Under the pieces are notes generated by a model. It was not told the DNA's origin. It was given only the letters and a program-made list of their open reading frames with translations, and ran no database searches. Position numbers and translations under genes: made by a program. A stretch of DNA of 64,000 nt from Podarcis filfolensis (lineage: Eukaryota): NCBI GenBank assembly GCA_964270895.1, contig OZ185435.1; one strand, written 5' to 3'. Below are positions 1-12,038 of this stretch, in pieces (the first letter of the stretch is position 1; each line of letters starts with the position of its first letter).

Positions 1-418
1 ATTCTGGTCGCTTTAAACACTGTCTACAGCCACCCACAGCCCTTTTGCAAAATAAAGTGTTCAGATGCTTATCTTCTCACACCTTGTTAGTGGTACTTTA
101 TACTTTACTTTCATTCATGCAATGCAAGATGTTAAGTACACAACATACACACCCTTACAAGGAAGATCTCTGTTATTTTTGAAAGTCTGTGACTAAACAT
201 GAATGTGTACATAATTATAAGTATATAATCATATGAAATTAGGATCTTTTTGCATTTCAGACTTATGCATCAGTGGATGAGGATTTTTCTTGGAAGAGGG
301 GAGGATTTTCACCTTGATTTTGACGTAGAGCTGAATTATTTAGTGTTGTTGTAAATTGTGGTAATTGATCGCTACGGGTTATCATTGCAATTTGGGAATT
401 TATTGTGCTTTATAAATA

Positions 419-657
419 CAGTGGTACCTCGGGTTAAGAACTTAATTCGTTCTGGAGTTCCGTTCTTAACATGAAACGGTTCTTAACCTGAGGTATCACT
501 TTAGCTAATGGGGCCTCCCGCTGCTGCTGCGCTGCCACGTGATTTCTGTTCTCATCCTGAAGCAAAGTTCTTAAACTGAGGTACTATTTCTGGGTTAACA
601 GAGTCTGTAACCTGAAGCTCCTGTAACCTGAAGCGTCTATAACTCGAGGTACCACTG
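419..657 (+). mobile_element. Tc1/mariner (Tigger-type) MITE, 239 bp
   Basis: TIRs CAGTGGTACCTCG...CGAGGTACCACTG flanked by TA at 417-418 and 658-659. The same family recurs at 17452 and 32486. Confidence 0.9.
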
Positions 658-675
658 TACAGCATTAGTGGTAGT

Positions 676-890
676 GATTTAGATTTAGATTTAGATTTAG
701 ATAAATTTATTGTCATTGTCCGTATATACACAGTATACACAACAACGAAAATCAAACACCCCCCCAAAGACCGGGTTCACATACACATTTACACGTATCT
801 CCAACACTCTCATCCTATTCAGACATAATCTATAAAACATAACATAATCCAGAATATAACATAACCTATTTAAAGGCATAACATAACCTA
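676..890 (-). mobile_element. 3' end of a LINE (Rex1/Babar-like tail)
   Basis: (GATTTA)4 next to TTTATTGTCATT; on the minus strand this reads AATGACAATAAA plus a (TAAATC)n tail. The family call is from recalled tail structure. Confidence 0.4.
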
Positions 891-2562
891 AAACCTATCT
901 CATTCCTTCCTACTCCCTGCTTGCTATTTCTTGCAACTGAATTGAATTGAGTAAATGAAGCTTCTTGTCCCTCTCCCCATTAACAGTACTTTTTCTGGAA
1001 AATGCTCATCTCAGTCCTAGTCAGAATCTGAAACAAGGCTTACAAAATGGAAATAATATGCTCTGGAATCTGTTAGGTTCTATAACCAATATTCATCCCC
1101 AAATGAATTTACTGCTGCACAGTTATTGAAACCATTTCATTTTCTTAAATGAAAGTGCTGCTAAAGGTAGGGTTCAGAGTGGGGATATCTTGCCATCATG
1201 ATGTTTTTCATCTTGCATTATTGCATAAAGCCAAAATGCTGTACTGCTTGTGCAGCATGTACGTATGTGAGCTTGCTGAGATTTCTGTATAAAAAAGACG
1301 GTCTATCTACTCATTCTCCAGAATCATTTATATATTGTAGTAAAGTAATGCTACCAACAATGAAGGCTGAGCTTATAATTATAGTTTATAATTAAGGAGA
1401 CTAATGAATAAGGCTAGCTTTAATTGCTCCAAACCCAATAAGCCACAGAACAAAAGGATTCTGATGCCAGTCTGTGTTAAGCTTATCCAGGATGGAAATA
1501 GGCCCATCTAGAGAGCTATGTTTTCATGATGCAGCTTGATAAAATTTGAATTAATTTGAAACCTTCTCTTCCCCACTTTTATGGGGAGCTGTTCTTACTG
1601 TCCTTGCTTGGCTGAAAGTCACTTTGTGCAAGTGGTATGTTCTCACAGGAACTGGAAGCATAGCCATGGCTCTTGGCCAGGCTTTCTAAGAACTTTCTTT
1701 TGCAGAATTATTTGTTTGTGCAGTGCCGTTTCTCAAATATTTGTGCAAGATGACCTTTTAAAAAAAATAATTAATGTGGCAGCTTGTAGTGTAGGAAGGA
1801 TGGCTCGTGTTCTCTCCTCGTAGAGAATGGCCTTTAACATAGGGCTGCTGTTGTTCAGGGAAGTCTCCTTGCCTTTTTTGCACTGCATCCCAAACAAAGA
1901 GGAGTATGAAGAAGTTGCATAGCTGGCCCCATCTTCCCCACCACCCCTCACCCCACCTCAGAAACTGGAAGGCCTGGGAGTGCAGAAGGCCACTCAGACA
2001 TCAGAACAAATTGTTCTAGTGTACACCATTTCTCAACACTTCTGAGGAAACAAGCCCCATAAAGAGGCAGTAGTCACGTGAGTGTCTTAATGCCTGCAAA
2101 GAAGCTTTGTCTCCCATTCAAGGTTATAAACTTCTGTTCTTTTCCAATGATTTATCACTTTATTGGGGTTTTGTTTTTTGCTGCTGTTTTTCGGATTGAG
2201 GCAAGGCGTTCTAGGGTGGTGCAGTCTATTGACAACAACATTGCCAGCTGCCAACTTAAGAGATAATATCTGTCCTTGCTTTGTTTGTGCGGTTTTTTGT
2301 TTTTTTAAAAAAACAGACTGGAGCAGTAAAGGAAGATGCACCCTCTCCTACTGTGCTCCTCCACTAGTGCCTTTGCCCACCTTTCTTCCCACTTTGCCAC
2401 AGAAAGTGGGGCTCTCTGGCTCCACAGCAAGAAGGCTGAGCAGAAGAGCAGTGGAGGAGCAAGGCAGGAAGGGCACCTGCTGCAGCATCTTCCGAGGCTT
2501 CCAGGCTTTTAGAGGGCTGGTAGGCAGCCTTAGTTAACAGAGAAGGCAACAACTCAACAGCC

Positions 2563-2682
2563 GGGGAAGGGCTGTCGCTCAGAGATATAGCATCTGCTTT
2601 GCAGAAGGTCCCAGGTTCAATCCCTGACATCTCCAGGTGAAGCTGGGGAAGACCTTTTGCCTGAAACCCTGTGTTCCTATGT
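2563..2682 (+). mobile_element. tRNA-derived squamate SINE (Squam3-like), internally deleted
   Basis: Box A/B-like head (GCTCAG...GGTTCAATCCC), then CATCTCCAGGT...CTGAAACCCTG fused directly to the TGTTCCTATGT tail; compare the full copy at 47835. Confidence 0.75.
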
Positions 2683-3475
2683 GTGCAGAAAGCATTTCAT
2701 AATGGTCTAGAAGGCTAAACCGACTCATTGAGTTCTTTTCCCGAAACAAGCATCTTAAAAAGATACTGTGACTCACTTAGTAGATTGTAATTGGTGGGCA
2801 TCATTATGACAGTCCCCCTTTCCACAGTTTTTTTTTAGTTACAGAGGAACCTCTGTGCTTATTCCGTGGGTGATCCATAAAAAAAAAGAAGAGTCACTAT
2901 AAACCTGGACCAGTTGTTGCTGTGGTCGCCTGAGGGTTTTTGACAGATGTGCAAAAATTTGCCTCCCTTGAGATTCTAAGCTTACATTGTGAGAGATAGT
3001 TTCATGACTGCCGTATGTACATGGAGAAGGAACAAAGCGAGCAGGAGGAAGGGAGCTTAGTTGTTTATTGGGAAACCACAAAGTGTGTTTTCCTCGGCTG
3101 TTCATCTCAGCCCCACCCTCCACTGACTGGAGGTATACATGGTTGCTTCTTGTTGTGTACAATATAGTTGAAAACTTCTTCATTGGTGGTCTAAGGCAGC
3201 CTCTTCTGGTGCCTCTGTCAAACTTCCCCAAAGTTAGCAAATAAAATGAGGCAGGCATGGGATACTGCTGGACACTGGGACTGCTGAATTGGGAAAATTG
3301 AAACTTTGACAGGAAAGAAGCCCCTTCCCCAATTTCTGCTATGAGGAATCTATGATATGGTTGCTGACTGGAGAGTTGCTATCTTGGGTCTGACCACTGA
3401 ATACCTCTACCTTTAGTAAGTACCCCCAGCCTTAGCTGCAGGTAACTTAGCTGGCTTCCTGTCATTTGCAATACA

Positions 3476-3477
<2 letters not shown>

Positions 3478-3515
<38 letters not shown>

Positions 3516-3520
3516 TGTGT
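3478..3520. repeat. (TG)n microsatellite
   Basis: Direct inspection. Confidence 0.95.
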
Positions 3521-3689
3521 GAAGTACTGACTGGTGTTGCTGCCTTTTCTTCAGGGATGAAAAACAAATTGGCAAAAAGCAAAGCCTGCTGGAACAGATA
3601 TGGAATGTGTGAAAACAGGAAGGGTGTGATGTAAAGCAGAATGCCAAGTGGCGGAGAGAGAAAGAGCAACCAGTGTGTCATGGTAGCCT

Positions 3690-3910
3690 TGTAGGAAAAT
3701 CCAGGCAGCTGTCATGATCCTGGCTGGAATAAGATGATTTGCAACTGGGAAGAGGCAGAAGGATGCTTTGGAATCAGTGTTTGATAAATCTGTGCAGATC
3801 CTACACTGTTGGGAAGCAGCTCTTTTAATGAGGTTGATGCCCAGATGTATAGAGTAGAGTGACCTTGATAGATAAGGCCTATAGCATCTGTTCCAAAGAA
3901 CTCTTGAAGA
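3690..3910 (-). mobile_element. possible degraded DIRS-like tyrosine-recombinase remnant
   Basis: Across frameshifts the minus strand gives GHST, IKRAAS and FIKH*, in the order of the DIRS YR C-terminal motifs (HSTR, ICKAATW, F.KHY). Weak. Confidence 0.25.
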
Positions 3911-4267
3911 AAACAAGTTACATAGCTCTGGCTACTCCCATCACAATGTTACATTGGGGGTGGGGGATTGCATGTGCCTCATAGTTAGAAACAGTCTAGC
4001 CTGATTGCAGAGTGGCTGTTTCTGTCTGAAATGGTCCATCTCCCATCCCATCTCCTATATCATGTTGGGTCTCTTTGAGATGGTCTGTTTTTAAAATGTA
4101 GCTGGCATACCTTGGAGGTGGAAAGCTGACTACCGTATTTTTCGCTCGATAACACGCACCTGACCATAACACGCACATCGTTTTTAGAGGAGGAAAACAA
4201 GGGAAAAAACATTCTGAATGAAACAGTGGATGTATCATTTTTGTGCTTCATGCTGTGGCCACAGACA

Positions 4268-4640
4268 TGTGATCTGATGGTGAATTTGGGGTGACCCAAT
4301 GCAAAAATCCTGAGAATCCCTGTGGATCCATGCTTTGTAACCACGTTTTTGCACCATTGCAGCCCCAGGCAACAGTGGGTGTGTGATTTTGGGGGGGCAG
4401 GCTGTAGCCATGGACATGCTATGTGCTCTGATGGTGAATTTGGGGTGACCCAATGCAAAGATCCTGAGGATCCATGTTTTGTAACCACGTTTTTGCACCA
4501 TTGCAGCCCCAGGCAACAGTGGGTGCGTGATTTGGGGGGGGGGGCAGGCTGTAGCCATGGACATGCTATGTGATCTGATGGTGAATTTGGGGTGACCCAA
4601 TGCAAAGATCCTGAGGATCCATGTGGATCCATGCTTTTTA
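4268..4640. repeat. ~150-bp tandem repeat, about 2.5 copies, inside the Tc2 element
   Basis: GATGGTGAATTTGGGGTGACCCAATGCAAA begins at 4276, 4430 and 4577 (periods 154 and 147). Confidence 0.95.
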
Positions 4641-4802
4641 ACCACATTTTAAGTGGGGAAGAAAGGAAAAATACAGAATGGACAAGGAGCACGAGAGGGG
4701 TGTGCAGAGAAGCAGCTGGCTAAGAATGCAGGAGAGGGGTATAACGGGAGGGAGGAAAGGAAGGCAAAAGTTTTCCCTCACCTACCCACCCAAGCCAGCC
4801 AG

Positions 4803-4809
<7 letters not shown>

Positions 4810-4845
<36 letters not shown>

Positions 4846-4853
4846 CCTCCCTC
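4810..4853. repeat. (CT)n/(CCCT)n microsatellite
   Basis: Direct inspection. Confidence 0.9.
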
Positions 4854-5961
4854 CTGCATGTTTTCAGCAGCACCGGAGCACAGAGACCTCTGCTTGCCTG
4901 GAGGGGAGGGGCTTTCCCTGCTCTTTGTTCCGTTTGAGCAAACACAGCAAGGAAACAGAGGCTGGTGGGCAGTAAGACCCTGAGGCAGAATGCAGGAAAG
5001 CAGCCACTTCCTCTTTTCCGGTTTCCCTTCTCCGAGACGTGCGATTTGATTTTTGCCTGATTTTTTTTGCCATTTGGCTCCAGGGACCACACATTCGCTC
5101 AATAACACGCACAGACATTTCCCCTTCCTTTTTAGGAGAAAAAATCTGCGTGTTATAGAGGGAAAAATACGGTAAATGATAGCCCTTGCAACAGCGGCAG
5201 ACCTTGAGGTCTCCCATTTCATCAGCTCCCTATGCAACACCAAAATTCGGCACCCCACCCAATCGAGCCTCTCCCTTTCCATTCTACCTCATAGTCGTAG
5301 TGCCCCTGAGGCTCTGCACCCAGTGTGACAAGACCAGTTGTGCTTCCCTAAATCCGCCTCTGCTTGCAATTGTGCAATATCAGTATCAGTATCTGAAACC
5401 GCATGTTTTGAAAGGACAAACATTTGTTCTTTGCAGCTCCCCACCTCCAGAATCCCTCTGCTTGTTCCCCTTTCCTCATGCAACAGAGACAGCACCAACT
5501 TTCTCAATCAAGGTTTGCATTCTTCAGTCTTAAATTCAAAGTGTCTCCTTGCAGGTCACGCAAATCATATCCTTGGGCCCTTTCTGATGCCCTTGTGAGA
5601 CCATTTTGATGCCTTGGAATTTATTTAGTTATCCCTTCATCTGTAATCGTGGCTGTGCTCTCCCCCCCCCCCCCATACAAGTGGGTGTGTATTTTGGCCA
5701 GTATAGCTTTACTTTCCTCTTGGAATGCTTTTTAAGCCTCACATGTTAAAATGCCCTCTGTGTTGGTCTGTAATGGAATACCTAATGAAGCTGGAATGTT
5801 CCTGGCTTTAGCTAGTGCCCTTTGCTCTGAGATGGATCCTCCCCAAGAAGAACCGGGGCTTCCAGAATGACTGTCAGTAGCTATGCCATCTCTTGCTTGC
5901 AGATAAATCTTATTTGCCACTAATTTGAATTGCTTTGCTTTTGTGAGTTGAATATTTTTGC

Positions 5962-5976
5962 AGGTCAAATTGACCC
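5962..5976. promoter_or_regulatory. consensus oestrogen response element (AGGTCA-AAT-TGACCC)
   Basis: Perfect GGTCAnnnTGACC palindrome. Motif match only; function untested. Confidence 0.4.
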
Positions 5977-6611
5977 TTCCTGGGAAGAGAGCTGGTGGTG
6001 CTTCTAATTATTTTGTGTCTCTCTGTTGCTGTCGTGTGGGACCTCTGGCCTTCTAGATGTGGCTGAATTACAAGTCCTATCAACCCTGGGCACTAGCTAT
6101 GCTTGCTGGGAACTCTAGTTCAGCAACATCTGGAGGATCAAAGGTTCCCCACCTTGGTTCTGTTGGTTTAAGTATTGGGAGATTATGAGAAGGTACAGGG
6201 TTTCCCCAAATTAGAGCTTCTGGGCACCAGCAGGGAGGGCTTATGGAGATGGAGGAGGAAGAGGGGAGAAGAGTCTGGTGGGAACCAGGGCAGCTTGTAT
6301 GTGATGGTCATGTAGCAGCACCCCAAACAAACATGGCTATAAGCCCACACAATTTGAGGTTAGGTTGCCTGGAATAGGGCCTCCATCTGTACAGCCTTGC
6401 TTAATTCCTCTGTGGGAAGCTTATTATGCAGTGACACAAGGGGCAAGCCGTCTCTGGGTTGGTGCCCCAGCTTTGGAATCCCTCTGAGATGTGACTGGAG
6501 CTTACACCACTTGAGTTTCCTACGGTAATGTTGGGTTTTCTGGATTTCTTTTTCAAGAATCAAAATACAATTAGGGTAATTTCAATTGGGAAATTTTCTG
6601 ATGCCCTAAAG

Positions 6612-6747
6612 CAGACACCCCCAAACTCGGCCCTCCAGATGTTTTGGGACTACAATTCCCATCATCCCTGACCACTGGTCCTGTTAGCTAGGGATGATGG
6701 GAGTCGTAGTTCCAAAATATCTGGAGGGCCGAGTTTGGGGGTGCCTG
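6612..6747. mobile_element. palindromic hAT MITE
   Basis: Long inverted arms CAGACACCCCCAAACTCGGCCCTCCAGAT / ATCTGGAGGGCCGAGTTTGGGGGTGCCTG; 8-bp TSD CCCTAAAG/CCCTAGAG. Confidence 0.9.
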
Positions 6748-7140
6748 CCCTAGAGAGTGGTCTAATTTAGCATATTTGTTTTTCTTGTACTTAGTAAAGA
6801 AAGCTAACAAGCTTGCTTAATACTGTATTTGTAATTGGCATCTGTTCATTGTGAACTTAAGTATTTATGAAATGGAAAGTTTCCATAGAAAAATAAAGCC
6901 CCACTTCGTTAGTTTCCAGTGCTAGGTGAAAGCCTTTCTATTCACTCAGGACTTTGGTGGATATTAGTGTCAGGCTTGATGTGTTTTTTTATTATTTTTA
7001 TGCTTGTAATTAACTGCCTTGTTTTCTAAGGCACTGTAGTATAATGTAAATTTGTATATTATTTGTAACCCTCTCTGGAGCTGCATTGCAATGAAGAGCA
7101 TATTATAAACAATATTGAGATGGTTGACCAAAATATTGGA

Positions 7141-7258
7141 GGTTGTATTCAGCTAGGTTTTACTTAAAGAAGATTCACTGAAATTAATAAACATGATTAA
7201 GGTTGGGTCCATTAATTTAAGTAGATCTGCTCCAGTAAAGCCTAGCTGACTAGCACCC
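7141..7258. mobile_element. hairpin MITE-like element (family also at 21540, 24238, 43618)
   Basis: Imperfect palindrome GGTTGTATTCAGCTAGGTTTTACT...AGTAAAGCCTAGCTGACTAGCACCC. Confidence 0.65.
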
Positions 7259-10239
7259 TGGGTGAGGGATGAACAGAGATTGGGCATACACACAAATTGA
7301 GATCACCCATCTTTTATATCCTCTACCAGCCTTATGCTAGGAACTGGAGATAATATCTTAAGGATGTTTATTACTGTGATTCCTCAATAGGAGTCACCTT
7401 CCCTCTCCTTCAGCACTCTAGTGTGCGTTCTCTAATTCCCATTAATAATCCTCTCTAGCATTGCCAAAGCTCAGCTTGCTGGTGGCCTTCTTCTGTTAGT
7501 GTGTGAGTGTGTTCATAGCATTTCATAAGGTTATAGCACATGCTCAACTATCATCACTGCTGTCATCTACTTTGGAGTCTATCCAAATAAATCCACTCTC
7601 CTTTGGCAGTGCATCCAAGCTGAATCGCTCTTCTAGGAAGTCTGAAGTTCACTCTATCCATGTCCCCCTTAAAGGTTATTTGGCCCTTTCAAGGTACACA
7701 GCTATGTTCTTGCTTTTAAATAAGTAAAGGACACATTTTATGCATAAGAACTGTACTAATATGTTTGGTAAGGACCCCCTTCCAGAGGACTTAAAGGTCA
7801 GCTGAAGAGGAGCTATTCCTTTCGCTTCTGGCTTTCCCTAATTTTAGGGAAGGCTTGCCTCTCTCCAACTGCAACCCAGTGCTTAAGAGTGCAAAGTGTA
7901 CAAATAATTACAGTCCCACCCTCAGTGATGCCTTGCCATGTCAGTTTCCAAATGTTGCCCATGACCCTAGTAGCACTGCAAAATAAGAGTGTAGTCTGTT
8001 TTGTAGATTATTTTTTGTCTTTGTAGGTCCAGGGCAGCAAAGGCAAAGTAGCATCACAGCTTCTGTGCAGCCACTCTGAAGAAACTCATTAGGACTTACT
8101 TCATCTCTCCTTCTTTTGTACACAAAATTAGAAAACTAGTTTTAAAAGCAGCTTTCCTCTAGATATCTGCTAGTATTTCTGGTCAGTTTTCATGTAGTTG
8201 ATGGTGTGTGTGCAGTGCTCAATCCCACATATACTCACAGCATCCTCACTTCTCCAAGTTTGGATCCTTATGTAGCCAAAACATCACTAACCTTCCCTTG
8301 TGCAGGGGGTCAGCAGGCTTTGGGGAGCCTCAAGATTTTAAGAATTGCAAAAAATCTTCAGGAACCAAATCAACTCAGTGAACACCGTGCATTCTCAATG
8401 GCCATTAAATGCTGACTTTTTTGGGGGGGGGTAGTAGAATGGAATATTCTGGAACCTGCACCCATAAACAGAAGCACTGCACACTGTTAACATTTTGTTG
8501 CAGGTGCTACTCGCTTTGCATATTTGCTGGCAGCATTATGAAAAGCAGAGCACAATCTGCTGGTTTTTATGTGCTCTCGCTAGAAACCTAAGAAAGGATA
8601 TTGGGGCTGTCAGCACCAAAAACTGTGATTGTGAAAACAGTTGACATTTTCTGACTACATCTCTAATCTGCAATATCAGCACTCCTACACTGCAGTTCCT
8701 TGCTATTGTTTTGTTGTCGGTTGTCTTTGTGGTTCTTACTTTGTTTTTAATTGTGCAGCTGTACTTACCTTAATTATATATTCGTTAAGCTGCCCTGGGG
8801 CTATTTGGTGAAAAACAGGCTAGAAGTACAACTAATCTAAACATTAAAATAAATACGGTATATATATTAAAACCAGGAGATTTTTTTTTAGTGTATATTG
8901 CAAGGGCTTGGTTGTTCCCTAAAATCGGTCTCCTCCAGGAGGGATGCCAAGAGCACCTCTCTTTTGCAGGAATCCAAGGAGGAGCAGGCTATGGCTGCTA
9001 GTCATGGTGGCTGATGTACCTCCAGGGTCAGGGGCAATTTGGGGCTTTTTAGCTTAGAAAAATAATGGGTCAGACAGGGTATGATAGAGATATATAAAAT
9101 GATGTATGGTGTGTAGAAGGTAGACAGAAGTTTTTATTCCTTTCCAATAATACTGGAAGACATGGCAATCCATCAAAGCCAAATGGTGGGAGATACAGAA
9201 CTGACAAAAGAAAGAACTCCCGTACTTCATACAGTGCAGATAAACTAAGGAATTTGCTACCACAAGATATGAGGGTAGCAGATAGGTAAGCACAAGTCCT
9301 AACAAATCAGTCTAGGTTCATTGTGAGTTCTGGCAGTTTGAATCTGACAGCTTTTAGTCTCTCTGCCCACTGTCTCTCCCCTACCCCCTTTGCCTTTTGC
9401 AAGTTTTTCTGGCTGCCATGCCCTAGAGAGAAAGTGGGAAAATGGGAGTCTTTGTTTTTCTACTAAGTCAGCCTCTGACCCACTGCAGATCACTGGGACA
9501 GTTAAGAATGAAGCAGCTGGGCTTTTGTTCCCACAACTGTGGACTGTTTTGGAGCGACGTGATAGAGCAGTGGAACCGTCTCAATAGGGAAAGAATTGCT
9601 GGGTTGTTGTTGTTTTGCCCAGTTCACTCCTGTCCAACAGAACTCTGAAGACTGAATCAAAGCCTGTGTTGCTGCCAAGCTTAAGAAGTTCTCTTTGGGG
9701 AAATCAGTCCTCCTTTGTGGGGGTTTGTGTATCAAAGTTGGTGGCAGTATCTCACACAGTACTTCAGACAAGTTCGCTCTGAATCATGGAAGGATGCATT
9801 TAATCACTAATACCATGTATTTATTTATTACAGTGACTCACAAACTGATCAAATTATTATAGCAAAACATTTTGGCTTCCACTTCCTCAGCCGCTCCAAT
9901 GTGAGTCAAAGAGTGCTGTAGCCAGGTTGTCAGTTATAGAATGTGGAGGACTGAATATCCCAAAGCGTTGCATTTGCTGTAGCTGAGTGACGCTGCAGTA
10001 TCCTTTGATTGACATCAGAGCAGTAGAGGAATGTGGAAGTCAAAGCACTTGAAATTCAATTTATTGTGTGTATGTGTGTGTGTACTGGGGGAGTGTCTTT
10101 TAGGCCTGGTAGAACGAAGAATTATTGTGGACCAACACCCACTTAACAATCTTAGAATCTTTGCTCAGTGCAGGATCTGCAATGCAGGGTACAACTTCAG
10201 CATCCCTGACTGATCGTTATAGCTACTGGTCATGATAAC

Positions 10240-10415
10240 TGAGTTATGGGATAAGTCAGTATCAGAAGCAGTATGCCCTGGATACCAGTCACTGGGGGAA
10301 CACAAGTGTAGAGTGAGCACACATGTCTTGCATGTGGGTTTCCCATAAGCACCTGGTTGGCCACTGTGAGAGTGGGATGCTAGACTGGAATAGTCTGGTT
10401 TAATCCAATAGTGCT
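10240..10415 (+). mobile_element. CR1-type LINE 3' end fragment
   Basis: Shares CCTGGTTGGCCACTGTG...GGATGCT.GACT with the copy at 30110-30370. Confidence 0.55.
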
Positions 10416-11516
10416 CTTTTAAAAATCCACAATGGAGGCTTATTTCGACACTTAAATTTCATCTGCCAGTAAGGGATCATAGAAGTTTTATTATTTTTAC
10501 ACCTGGAATGCTGAGCTCCCCGAGATGCACTGGGCCAGCCCAGATGCTCTGAAATATTCCATGTGAGCACGCCACTGCATAGCAGAAGTAACAAATTATT
10601 CTCCAGTTAATGTTTATGATTTTCTGGTCGCAATTTGCATCAGTTTAAATGTTCCTTGACTAATATTTTGAGATAGTGAATATGGTACATTAGGGTTTTG
10701 TGGTGCAAGAACAAATATGCCAGATTGCTGCTGATTTCATGATGAGACCATGTTTCAAGAACTAAGACATAGTTAAGCTACATAATCCCTGCTGGCTGCT
10801 TTATTAGATGGTATCCTATAGATGTGCAGTATCCAAGTTTGAAAACCAGTGATCACGTAATAGAAGAAAAAATAGAATAGCCTATTATAACATGGTAGAT
10901 TTGTTTTATACTTAACCTTGAGTATATTTTTGTGGTTAGCAGGAGAAACTGCATGAGAAGGTAAACAACTCTGGATATGGGGGGCGGGGAATAAGGGAAG
11001 GGCTTATGGCAGTGAGGTCATTTCCCAATGAAGCTCTAGATTGACAAACAGAAGTTACTCACTATACTAAAATTACAACATTTGAAACATGGGTGCATGC
11101 TGCAACAAACTGCTTAGTGGCTGCGGCTTCTTGCAGTGTGCAACCTGTTTGGGGAACCATGTACTTCCTCCTCAGGACTATTTAATTGCATGATTTCTAT
11201 TACAAATGGCACAAAGGGCATTGCCATTCTGTAATTTTAAAACCACCATTAAAACAACAGTTTGCTGACAGAATATAGCAAGGCTGAAACTCAAATTCTA
11301 ACTGTTCTTTCAGTCACTGACAAGCCTTCCATGAGCTGTTTTGTCCGTTTCTCTTTCTCGGCAGTACCATAGTTTTGTGATTCTGAAACCACCAGTCATT
11401 GTGATGCCTGCATTTCAGAGATAACTGCTGTTTAGAGTGCCTTAACGTGTAAAGCCTGCTAGCTTAGTATCATGCAGCAGCGCCCTCCTAACGTCCGTTG
11501 TTCTCTTGTGCCTTAG

Positions 11517-11749
11517 GTGAGGCTGGTGCAAACATCATCCATGTCTCTAAGGAGGCTCGGAAGAGGTTTCTTGGCCCCTTGCACCCCTCCTTCAACTTAG
11601 TGAAAATCATCCGTACCTGCCTATACAAGACCCTGCCAGACAACGGGCATGAGGTGGCCAGTGGACGCTTGGGCATCTCGCTGACGCGGGTCTCAGATGG
11701 AGAGAATGTCATCTTATCGGAGTTCAGCTCCAAAGAGGAGCTTATCCAG
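11517..11749 (+). CDS. PNPLA2: PNPLA2 exon (human exon 3 equivalent), patatin domain: [33 protein letters not shown]...SKEELIQ
   Basis: Acceptor ccttag; 233 nt; ends at the non-canonical donor CAG|GCAAGT. Confidence 0.95.
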
Positions 11750-11972
11750 GCAAGTAATAACATGATGACTGCCTCGTTGCTTTAGATGTGAATCTGTAGG
11801 TTCCCAGCCACCAGGGACTGGGACACCTGACTTGACTATGCCTTCATGGTGAAAGGCTGTCTTGTAGCTATCACTTGTTCCATCAGATGATATTTACTTG
11901 GTGCTCTGGATACATAAATCCCCCCCCCGCATGTTATTTAGGTTTCATGTGGTGTTTTCCTGTCTCTCTCAG

Positions 11973-12038
11973 GCATGTGTTTGCAGCACTTTCATCCCAG
12001 TCTACTGTGGCCTCATCCCTCCCAGTCTTCAAGGAGTG
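11973..12038 (+). CDS. PNPLA2: PNPLA2 exon 4: [22 protein letters not shown]
   Basis: Acceptor ctctctcag, donor GTAAGT; 66 nt. Confidence 0.96.

Larger units (their letters stand above)
4133..5172. mobile_element. non-autonomous Tc2-type (TcMar) DNA transposon, 1040 bp
   Basis: 25-bp TIRs with 2 mismatches (CCGTATTTTTCGCTCGATAACACGC / GCGTGTTATAGAGGGAAAAATACGG), TA at 4131-4132 and 5173-5174, and a repeated subterminal ATAACACGCAC motif. Confidence 0.85.

Noticed and set aside
4060-4692. 210-aa and 136-aa minus-strand ORFs as a novel gene
   Set aside because: They consist of the 150-bp tandem repeat inside a MITE, with no transposase or other domain and no splice context.
1-11516. First coding exon of PNPLA2 (SFAGCGFLGVY...GASAG)
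   Set aside because: No such sequence found in any frame I could read and no CpG island present; it most likely lies upstream of the window.
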